A stretch of 25,891 nt of DNA from a virus (taxonomy: Duplodnaviria; Caudoviricetes). The notes under the pieces are model-generated. The model made no database searches, was not told the origin of the DNA, and saw only the letters and a list, made by a program, of their open reading frames with translations. The first letter of the stretch is position 1; each line of letters begins with the position of its first letter. The position numbers and the translations under genes were made by a program. The DNA is taken from positions 1-25,891 of the IMG/VR virus record IMGVR_UViG_3300044723_003732; one strand, given 5' to 3'. Shown here piece by piece: positions 10,588 to 17,320 of the stretch.

Positions 10588-10781
10588 TTTTTGTTTTTCC
10601 TCTTAGTTGTAGCTCTTGATTTCTGTACAGCTTTCAAATCTATGTATCTACCTTCTTTATATGCTTTAGAAGTTCTTTTTATTTCTGCTGCAACTTTAGA
10701 TTTAGGATTCTTTTTATTTTTTAAATATTTAGCAGGTACGCCTTTTTCGTATTTGACTTTACGTCTACTTCTTTTTTGCAC
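10584..10781 (-). CDS. Small Lys-rich protein
   Basis: 65 aa, with a GAGG SD, overlapping its neighbours. Confidence 0.7.
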   Translation of the reverse strand: MQKRSRRKVKYEKGVPAKYLKNKKNPKSKVAAEIKRTSKAYKEGRYIDLKAVQKSRATTKRKNKK

Positions 10782-11049
10782 GAGACTTACCTCTTTTTTT
10801 CAAATCATTATCTTGAGAATGACCACCCCTAATAAAAGAGTTAACTCGACCCATAGCCCAAGCTGCCATAGAAGCTGACTTACTTCCTGAGCTAAGGTAC
10901 GCACCTTGTCCACGCCTATATACTGCCGCCAGTTGCCCATACGTATACTTACTATTCTTAGCTTTCTTTTGAAGCGTTGCTTTAGTTTTAGCATTAATAG
11001 GTTTTCTAGCAGGTTTTTTTCTTGAACTACTCTTCTTCTTTGGTGGCAT
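10765..11049 (-). CDS. Small basic protein (VYRRGQGAY..SGS...WAMGRVNSF, DUF5824-like from memory)
   Basis: 94 aa, with a GGAGAAGG SD and a histone-tail-like N-terminus MPPKKKSSSRKKPARK. Confidence 0.75.
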   Translation of the reverse strand: MPPKKKSSSRKKPARKPINAKTKATLQKKAKNSKYTYGQLAAVYRRGQGAYLSSGSKSASMAAWAMGRVNSFIRGGHSQDNDLKKRGKSRAKKK

Positions 11050-11230
11050 TTACCTTCTCCATATTAACGTTGTAATCATTTACAAATTTTTCTACCAAAG
11101 TATCTATCTTGCTAATATTTGGTTTTTTATTAGTAATAATACTACCACAAGCATCTGCTAGGTCCATTGACCATTCTTTTAAATCTTGTGGTGTAGAGAA
11201 TATATTTCTTTTCTTTTTAATTTTTGCCAC
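11027..11230 (-). CDS. Hypothetical protein
   Basis: 67 aa, GTG start with an AGGAGG SD. Confidence 0.7.
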   Translation of the reverse strand: MAKIKKKRNIFSTPQDLKEWSMDLADACGSIITNKKPNISKIDTLVEKFVNDYNVNMEKVNATKEEE

Positions 11231-11324
11231 GTTTCCTCCTGGCGTAATATGCTTTTACTTGTTTTAAAGTATAGCGTTTTCCACTAGGAGAGTAATAAAA
11301 TTTTCCACGCTTAGTAAACGGCAT
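11217..11324 (-). CDS. 35-aa basic protein MPFTKRGKFYYSPSGKRYTLKQVKAYYARRKRGKN
   Basis: Translated by hand. Fits between its neighbours. Confidence 0.65.
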   Translation of the reverse strand: MPFTKRGKFYYSPSGKRYTLKQVKAYYARRKRGKN

Positions 11325-11325
11325 G

Positions 11326-11388
11326 TTATTTTTTATAGCCTTTTTTAGACTTACTCTTCTTCTTCATTTTTTTTGTATGATACGCCAA
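11326..11388 (-). CDS. 20-aa Lys-rich peptide MAYHTKKMKKKSKSKKGYKK
   Basis: TTG start 6 nt after GGAG. Stop lies 1 nt before the next ATG. Confidence 0.5.
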   Translation of the reverse strand: MAYHTKKMKKKSKSKKGYKK

Positions 11389-11503
11389 TTTTTACTCCAA
11401 ACTTCTTATTGTACTCTATACAACCTAGATTAGCACAGTATCTGAATCCACCTCGTATCACAAAATCTTTTTTACAAGTTTTGCACTTGAGTATTTTCTT
11501 CAT
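11351..11503 (-). CDS. 50-aa Zn-ribbon protein (CKTC-x11-YCANLGC)
   Basis: Translated by hand. No SD, with TAAGAT 7 nt upstream of the ATG (leaderless-type). Confidence 0.65.
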   Translation of the reverse strand: MKKILKCKTCKKDFVIRGGFRYCANLGCIEYNKKFGVKIGVSYKKNEEEE

Positions 11504-11519
11504 TGTATTTATCTTACAG
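11504..11519 (-). promoter_or_regulatory. Putative -10 element (TAAGAT) for a leaderless late transcript
   Basis: TAnnnT hexamer at 11516-11511, 7 nt before ATG 11503 and just after a terminator. No clear -35. Confidence 0.4.
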
Positions 11520-11530
11520 TTTTATAAATG

Positions 11531-11555
11531 AAAAAGCCTCTATTGCTAGAGGCTT
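11531..11555 (-). terminator. Intrinsic terminator after the SET gene
   Basis: Minus strand AAGCCTCTA-GCAA-TAGAGGCTT ending in a T run. Confidence 0.75.
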
Positions 11556-11598
11556 AATCCGTACATTAAACATAAAGGAGGCTTCATGAATAAAGTTC

Positions 11599-11889
11599 TT
11601 ATATTGTATATAAAGAATACGTAAGTGTCAACTCTTCATCAGCTTTTATATTTTTTATTGTTTGTAAATACATTTCTTGTCCTACTTCTCGTAACTTACA
11701 GTTAGAGTCTTTTTTGTGATTTATAAATCCACCTAGAGGTGTTCTAATTAGTCCATGTAGGTAATCATCATGCTTTACATGACTAACTCCTATTGTTGTA
11801 TTTTTTTCTATATCTTGTAAGGCAAATAAACCAAGACCATCTATCTTAGATTCTTTTATAGTTAGATACTTAGGCAGTGGCTTGTACAT
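11599..11889 (-). CDS. Minimal SET-domain protein (putative lysine methyltransferase)
   Basis: SKIDGLGLFA (motif I), GGFINH..DSNC (motif III) and IKADEELTLTY (motif IV). Confidence 0.85.
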   Translation of the reverse strand: MYKPLPKYLTIKESKIDGLGLFALQDIEKNTTIGVSHVKHDDYLHGLIRTPLGGFINHKKDSNCKLREVGQEMYLQTIKNIKADEELTLTYSLYTI

Positions 11890-12415
11890 GTGGTTCTAAT
11901 ATATCAAGTGGTACTTCGAGCGTTTGCACAACACCCGTGGCTTTCATTGCGTCTACGCTTACGAGTAAAGAGCGTGAAAAAAAATTTTTATTTTGTGTTT
12001 CTACTATTCGTGGATTGTCTTGTAGCCAGTCAATAATAAACGGATTTAATTTTTGTGGATTCCAGTACAGTACGTCGCTCGTTGGGTAAATCCAATAGAA
12101 GAGATAGTCAGGGAATGTTTTCATCGCACATCCAATACCGTATTTTGTATCCCCATACACTATTTGTATTTCTAGTGCTACATTCCCCGTATCTCTGCTT
12201 TGAGTATCTGTTTTGACCTCAAAGTATTTTGTACCTAACTCATGGTTAACTACAAAAAAATCTGCACCTTGTTGTTGCTCCCACTCTTGTGCAGGTCGCA
12301 CAATATATATATCTTTACCTTCTGTAGTACGCCTGGAGCGGTAATAATTTCTTATGAGGTCTTCGCCTCGCTTGCCAATGTTGTAATCGTCTTTAAATTC
12401 GTGTATAGTTCCCAT
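11870..12415 (-). CDS. PD-(D/E)XK-family nuclease-like protein
   Basis: GKRGE...GADF...FEVKTD...TGNVALE pattern. Confidence 0.7.
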   Translation of the reverse strand: MGTIHEFKDDYNIGKRGEDLIRNYYRSRRTTEGKDIYIVRPAQEWEQQQGADFFVVNHELGTKYFEVKTDTQSRDTGNVALEIQIVYGDTKYGIGCAMKTFPDYLFYWIYPTSDVLYWNPQKLNPFIIDWLQDNPRIVETQNKNFFSRSLLVSVDAMKATGVVQTLEVPLDILEPHVQATA

Positions 12416-12452
12416 AATGTAATAAATAATACCCTACTTAAATTTATAAGTA

Positions 12453-12461
12453 TGTTATTAT
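12453..12461 (+). promoter_or_regulatory. Putative extended -10 promoter TGnTATTAT
   Basis: TG-T-TATTAT directly before the structured non-coding element. An inverted repeat TACTTA-N6-TAAGTA (12435-12452) abuts it. Confidence 0.45.
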
Positions 12462-12465
12462 AAAA

Positions 12466-12820
12466 ATCAACAAACACAATGTTGAGATGTGGTTACAGGT
12501 AAAGCGGATATCGGGCGTACGAAAGCTGCTTACTGACTCTTAAGTCAGGATAGGGATTACCTCAAAAAGCAGTACCCAAGGACCACGGAAAAACTTTGTA
12601 AGAGCGTTTTAGAGCTTTTTTTTATAACAAGCATAGATGCCCGCACGCTCACAAGAACACGAACAACACTCCATTAAAAAGAACAATAAATATAAACAAA
12701 ATAAACTACCATTTATTGCCAATATCTGTTAAGCTACTAGCAGGGCTAGTATGTCTCAACAGTGTATTAATTACCCCTAATTAATACGTAATCCCATAAG
12801 TAACCTGTAACTAGCCCTAA
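12466..12820 (+). ncRNA. Candidate large structured RNA of unknown class
   Basis: ORF-free, with several local and long-range helices whose mismatches are mostly G.U on the + strand (see findings). Confidence 0.5.
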
Positions 12821-13138
12821 GTTTTACCAAGAATTACCATTAATATTACTGGGGCTTACAGTACATATACACCCCGTACCTATGTTAAACCACGTGTACG
12901 CAACGTGACTATGTAACATCACCGTATACCATTATATATAACTAACTAGTACTGATATGCATACGTATGAGCTGTACCACACATATACGTAATAGACTAT
13001 ACTTCTCTTTCTAAAAACATCCCCCCGTCTATAAACATCACACACTATCCCCACAACTACACTACTCATTACATCAAGACTTAAGTACTCATACCAAATT
13101 AATCAGTCATACGCTCACCTAGTTCGCTAGCTCCCTCT

Positions 13139-13347
13139 TAATTTATATTCGTACTAATAGATATATAAGAATATATCTACCGTCTTTCAGTAATTCGTAG
13201 ATATAAATTATTATTCAGTCGTGCCGATTAGTCGAGCCTAATCGCTCTTTCCCGAAACGAGAGAGTACGCACTATTCATTGAATAATTTATATATGTAGT
13301 TAGAATTAAAACAAATACATACTTCATACAAGAGTACGAAGTATGTA
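13139..13347. repeat. Cluster of nested inverted repeats upstream of the first early gene
   Basis: TAATTTATAT 13139/ATATAAATTA 13201/TAATTTATAT 13284. TAGATATAT-AAGA-ATATATCTA 13158-13179. CGATTAG/CTAATCG 13225-13244. TACATACTTC/GAAGTATGTA 13316-13347. Confidence 0.8.
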
Positions 13348-13383
13348 CACAACGTACATACATAACAGAAAGGACTAGTCAAA

Positions 13384-13728
13384 ATGCCTAGTAACAAACT
13401 AATACCTAACGTAGAGTATCAAGCTCACCAAGTAGGTACAACAACTAAATTCCAAGACGGAATGTTAGTAACACGTAGAAGACAACTAGAAAAGGACAAT
13501 TTCAAAAGACGATACAATGTATCGTATGTTCTTGACGGTAAGTTCCACGACCTAGTGGATTGGGAAACTTGCTACAATTCAAGTACTCCCGACAAAATCA
13601 AGAACATGCTCTTGCAAGGTGTCGCTACAATCAAGGTATCTGACACGGGAAAAGTGTCAAGCTCGATTACAAAGAAACAACTCCAAGCTATCAACAAGAC
13701 TGCATTGGACGAACTTCTCAAGAAGTAA
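13384..13728 (+). CDS. Hypothetical protein, first gene of the early arm
   Basis: 114 aa, with an AGAAAGGA SD. Confidence 0.85.
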   Translation: MPSNKLIPNVEYQAHQVGTTTKFQDGMLVTRRRQLEKDNFKRRYNVSYVLDGKFHDLVDWETCYNSSTPDKIKNMLLQGVATIKVSDTGKVSSSITKKQLQAINKTALDELLKK

Positions 13729-13843
13729 TCGAGCAAGAGTTATACCACTCTACACTTTCAAGTGATACACATTACTTAGAAGGTGGATGTTCATACTGTA
13801 TTGATGATGAATACGTTTCATTACAATACGCAATCTAATAATT

Positions 13844-13879
13844 TAGCTAGTGGGTTTCGGCTCACTAGCTATTTTTTTT
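13844..13879 (+). terminator. Intrinsic terminator
   Basis: TAGCTAGTGGGT-TTCG-GCTCACTAGCTA followed by T8. Confidence 0.9.
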
Positions 13880-13889
13880 AAGCCTATAA

Positions 13890-14034
13890 ATCCCCACACG
13901 AGTACCACAATCACTTATGAATAACCACACGACCACACCATTTCTTACACACACACGCACACGGTTACCACACTCACTGTTGAAACCAAACCATAAAACC
14001 AATAACCATAAAATATTTATTTATAAATATTTTA
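13890..14034. repeat. CCACAC-rich tract followed by a perfect AT palindrome
   Basis: Several CCACAC/CCACAA copies and a (CA)n run, then TAAAATATTTAT-TT-ATAAATATTTTA (14009-14034). Confidence 0.75.
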
Positions 14035-14132
14035 ATATAGCAAGTCAATACGTGAAGCTAGCTGATTAATGTTGTTGGAAACATTTGCTTTGGCTTGCAG
14101 ATGTGAATAACGTACAAGAGAAAGGATAAGTC

Positions 14133-14363
14133 ATGTTAAACGAAATAGAAGTATGTGAGAGCTGTTACAGTTGCAATATCATTGTAGCTAAACAACCAAA
14201 CTCACAATATCCGAACGAGGATTATGTTCAATGTATGGATTGCGAGCATGTATCCAACTGGTCATTAATCAGATACGTAGAAAAAATGTGTACTGATTGT
14301 GGAAAAGATAGCGATTACAGAACAGCACACCAATACGATGAAGGGGACATTATTTATGAGTAA
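14133..14363 (+). CDS. Small Cys-rich protein
   Basis: AGAAAGGA SD and three CxxC pairs. Confidence 0.8.
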   Translation: MLNEIEVCESCYSCNIIVAKQPNSQYPNEDYVQCMDCEHVSNWSLIRYVEKMCTDCGKDSDYRTAHQYDEGDIIYE

Positions 14364-14802
14364 ACCAAAACGCACAAGTACTATCCCTCGTATGAAAGTT
14401 GCCGTAGACGTAGACTTCATACAATCGGATAGCAGAACTATACGTGCAAGTAAAACAATTACTCGTACAGATATTCCAAACCTATCGGGTATGAGAATAG
14501 AACACGTAGACATAGGTGCAAAAGAAGTACCATGCTGTTCGCTATGTGGTAAACACCTTAGTCGATACGGTATGTGTAGAGATTGCAAAGAGACTCGTAA
14601 CGTACAAGAGTTAGAAAAACGTAGAGCTTTATTGCAAGACGATGTATCTAACTATGTTAGAAATGGTAGCCATCGATACGTGAAAGGCTTCGACCATAAT
14701 ATTGAGAAAGGTTGTTGCCAATCACATGCAGAACTCTTTGCGAGTTACTGCCCATGTGGTATGGCGATACCTAGTGGATTACAAGATTGTGAGGTGTGTT
14801 AA
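14356..14802 (+). CDS. Cys-rich hypothetical protein
   Basis: Start revised to ATG 14356 (GAAGGGG SD). CxxC motifs. Confidence 0.75.
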   Translation: MSKPKRTSTIPRMKVAVDVDFIQSDSRTIRASKTITRTDIPNLSGMRIEHVDIGAKEVPCCSLCGKHLSRYGMCRDCKETRNVQELEKRRALLQDDVSNYVRNGSHRYVKGFDHNIEKGCCQSHAELFASYCPCGMAIPSGLQDCEVC

Positions 14803-14885
14803 TGCATGTATGTAATTATGAATTAACTTATTGGAACGAGTACAGATGTACAGGTTGTAATAGAAAAAGAAACGAAGAGACATGA
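14802..14885 (+). CDS. 27-aa peptide MHVCNYELTYWNEYRCTGCNRKRNEET
   Basis: GAGGTG SD. TAATG and ATGA overlaps at the two ends. HxC...CxxC pattern. Confidence 0.6.
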   Translation: MHVCNYELTYWNEYRCTGCNRKRNEET

Positions 14886-15097
14886 AGTTATACGATACGG
14901 ATTATGTGATAGTGGATAGCGAAACTTTAGAACCCATAGAGAGTTTAGATATTATCTATGCTGAAGATATGCTACAAGAAGAGTTAAAAAACAATCCTTT
15001 GAGCATGCATGAAAGAGCTATACCCATGACAAAGTTACCTAAAGAATTACAAGAGAGGTACTTAGAACACATTGAGAAAGTGAGGAAAAATGGATAA
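14882..15097 (+). CDS. Hypothetical acidic protein
   Basis: 71 aa, translationally coupled. Confidence 0.75.
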   Translation: MKLYDTDYVIVDSETLEPIESLDIIYAEDMLQEELKNNPLSMHERAIPMTKLPKELQERYLEHIEKVRKNG

Positions 15098-15167
15098 GTT
15101 ACACGATTATACAAAATGTGGTAATCATCAACTAGGTTGTGATTGCACTAATTGGGAGGAGGAATAA
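15090..15167 (+). CDS. 25-aa peptide MDKLHDYTKCGNHQLGCDCTNWEEE
   Basis: GAGG SD. Ends in the GAGGAGGAATAATG coupling junction. Confidence 0.6.
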   Translation: MDKLHDYTKCGNHQLGCDCTNWEEE

Positions 15168-15298
15168 TGCCAACTTATAAAATACTTGTCAGATTTGATG
15201 CTGAAGATTGGGATGACGCTGTTAGCGTTGTAGAAAATATGTATATAAAAGATTGGATATCAGAAATGGAGGAGGAAAAATGGATAAAGAAAAATTAG
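15167..15298 (+). CDS. 43-aa protein MPTYKILVRFDAEDWDDAVSVVE...
   Basis: GGAGGAGG SD and TAATG overlap. Confidence 0.7.
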   Translation: MPTYKILVRFDAEDWDDAVSVVENMYIKDWISEMEEEKWIKKN

Positions 15299-15423
15299 AG
15301 TACACGATATGGGACGTGATTGTAGAAGACCAACACGGTAAACTCTACAAGCTAGACTCCCCGTGGATAAATGAGAATTGGAAATACGATGAGCAATCAG
15401 AGACACTATGGGACGATTTCTAA
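15280..15423 (+). CDS. 47-aa acidic protein MDKEKLEYTIWDVIVEDQHG...
   Basis: GGAGGAGG SD. Stop overlaps the next ATG. Confidence 0.7.
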   Translation: MDKEKLEYTIWDVIVEDQHGKLYKLDSPWINENWKYDEQSETLWDDF

Positions 15424-15767
15424 TGAGTAAGTACACAGTCAAAGATGTGGTAAAAGAATTACAACATCGAGGATATGACGAGCAAGAGTGCCAAGCTATT
15501 TACGATGTTTTCTTAGAACACTACAGTACACCTGAAAAAAATACATATTACTTTCAGGACTTCATGGCTAGTGTTCATTTCGTAAGTGAAGATGAATACA
15601 ACTACACGATATTCAACGACTTCGTAGAGGTATGGGGTATTGATGACAAGCTCGTACCATACCTAGATGAAGAAGCAATAGTATCTGATTACTCAATGGA
15701 TTGGCATTGGGAAAACGTAGTGTTGAAAGACAGGCGAATAGGTATCGTAATGTGGAGAAGTTTTTGA
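15423..15767 (+). CDS. Acidic protein, ArdA-like antirestriction candidate
   Basis: Start revised to 15423 (TAATG). C-terminal IDDKLVPYLDEEAIVSDYSMD resembles the ArdA IP..L..YIDYEA..RD pattern. Confidence 0.5.
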   Translation: MSKYTVKDVVKELQHRGYDEQECQAIYDVFLEHYSTPEKNTYYFQDFMASVHFVSEDEYNYTIFNDFVEVWGIDDKLVPYLDEEAIVSDYSMDWHWENVVLKDRRIGIVMWRSF

Positions 15768-16530
15768 TTGCTTCAGTACGTGAGAAGCAACTGATAAGCT
15801 GATAGCCAAAGCAATTAGCTATCTACTAGTATGCGTTTGTTTACTGCCCTGTTTCCAAACGACTGAACGTAGGTAGCTTGTAGCACATAGGACAATGGGT
15901 GTTATTACACGACTTAAATGCGTGGCATTGAAATAATATGCAAATCGCTCTCTGATAACATCATTGATGAGTGGTTATCGCCATCTGATAACATCATTAG
16001 ATGTCTTGTGTGTTACAAGCTATCTACACTGTACTAGCAATAGTTCAGTACCATAGCTCAGGTGTTTACTCTCCGTTCATGCCTGAGCTGTAGGTAGCTT
16101 GAAGATAACGGCTGAACAGTCTTAGTTTAAGTACGGACGCAGACATTTATCGTTTAGAGATAAACGGACTATGCATAGGTAAGCCACATGTTTTGCTGTC
16201 GTGGAGTAAGTAAGCTAGTTGTCTTCAAGCTATCTATGTAAGTACGCAAGTCAGGAACACTTAGGTGGAAAAGTGATATAAACAAAGTTAATAACTAATT
16301 CCTGTTTCACTCGCTTACACTGATAGCAATGTATTAGACAATAAAAGAAATATAAATATCTATACGACTGAGTTGTCTAATGACATCATCAGAAGCTACT
16401 TACGAGAAAACCTTTTTCTCTCACAAGAGAGAACTAGGATAACCGTTGTAGGTAGCTTGATAGACGTGGGGTGTGTACGTAGCTAATGACAGTCCCTTTC
16501 TGTTTCCTTGCGTCTATCAAGTTATCTATA
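15768..16530 (+). ncRNA. Structured non-coding cassette: array of long stems with a conserved base motif
   Basis: GTAGGTAGCTTG at 15869, 16090 and 16448, each pairing with CAAG(C/T)TATCTA at 16016, 16226 and 16518. Stems are 21-26 bp with G.U pairs. GNRA tetraloops at 16037 and 16157. Confidence 0.75.
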
Positions 16531-16545
16531 TACGAGGAGGTGAAC

Positions 16546-16734
16546 ATGGGTAACAAACTCAAAGAAGTACACGGTGCAGGTAATTTAGAATTAGCTCACC
16601 GTATCTACAGAGACTTTGCTCTCTTTATCAAAGCTGATACCACTATCGCTGATAGTGTCATGGGCAGAGGTACAAGGAACAGAGCATTGCTCAAAGCAAT
16701 CAAGGATAGGCTCAATGAACTCGATAGCATATAA
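16546..16734 (+). CDS. Hypothetical protein
   Basis: Start revised to ATG 16546 (GAGGAGGTG SD). Confidence 0.8.
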   Translation: MGNKLKEVHGAGNLELAHRIYRDFALFIKADTTIADSVMGRGTRNRALLKAIKDRLNELDSI

Positions 16735-16882
16735 ATGTGAGATTTGTCAAAGTAGTGATTCCCTGTGGGGTTACTTCATTGGCGATGGCAAATGCGAGAT
16801 GTGTTGGGAACTATTCAAACAAGTAGGAAGTTGGCGTAACGTTACACGTCAAAGAAAGGATAAACATGTGGGTACAAACTAA
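16715..16882 (+). CDS. Small Zn-finger protein (CEIC...CEMC)
   Basis: Start revised to ATG 16715 (AAGGATAGG upstream). Confidence 0.65.
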   Translation: MNSIAYKCEICQSSDSLWGYFIGDGKCEMCWELFKQVGSWRNVTRQRKDKHVGTN

Positions 16883-17078
16883 TTACGATAAGAGAGCTAA
16901 CGCTTGGATATCTTCTTTACCGAAGACTCCAATGGATAAAGTGTTTCTCAATATCTCAGGTGAGGGCAACGATTGTGTCAACCTTGTGTTCAAGGACACA
17001 ATAGAGTATGCAACATTTGTTGAAAGAGTACGTGAAGTACTTGATGAGATTAACACAGAGTTCAAGGTAAAGATATGA
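16866..17078 (+). CDS. Hypothetical protein
   Basis: AGAAAGGA SD, 70 aa. Confidence 0.8.
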   Translation: MWVQTNYDKRANAWISSLPKTPMDKVFLNISGEGNDCVNLVFKDTIEYATFVERVREVLDEINTEFKVKI

Positions 17079-17320
17079 GTACAGTATACGAATACATAGT
17101 TAGAGACAGCTCTGTGGACGTAAGAACTCATGTCATACACTCTGAGGAACAACTTACAAAAAATGAGATATCAGAACTCATAAGTGAATCTGCACTCAAA
17201 GAGGGTGTTGAGGAACTAATGAGAAGTAATCCTTATCTCATAACAATGCAATACAGAGGTACAGAATACGGTGATGATTGTCAAGTGCAATGCTACGGTC
17301 CCGTACTAGAGGAGGAATAA
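17075..17320 (+). CDS. Hypothetical acidic protein
   Basis: ATGA overlap. Ends EEE at a coupling junction. Confidence 0.8.
   Translation: MSTVYEYIVRDSSVDVRTHVIHSEEQLTKNEISELISESALKEGVEELMRSNPYLITMQYRGTEYGDDCQVQCYGPVLEEE

Noticed and set aside
12495-12562. c-di-GMP-I riboswitch resemblance (GGUAAA...ACGAAAGCU...GAUUACC)
   Set aside because: No GNRA-capped P2 or receptor, no nearby downstream gene, and the segments pair better elsewhere. An Rfam scan would settle it.
12600-12623. Intrinsic terminator at the T8 run
   Set aside because: The stem is weak, and GAGCGT pairs better with ACGCTC at 12645, placing the T run in a loop. Not excluded.
12846-12897. Hatchet-ribozyme-like words (UGGGGCUUA...GUUAAACCACGU)
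   Set aside because: The resemblance is from memory only. The P1 hairpin and other conserved core residues could not be built.
13211-13286. tRNA-like cloverleaf
   Set aside because: Only a three-way junction, with no TTCRA T-loop, D-loop GG or CCA end.
15817-16530. CRISPR array
   Set aside because: The repeats are only 12 nt, alternate in orientation and have irregular, folded intervals. No cas genes are present.
16486-16545. ORF-track start at 16486
   Set aside because: It lies inside the third RNA stem-loop with no SD, while ATG 16546 has GAGGAGGTG.
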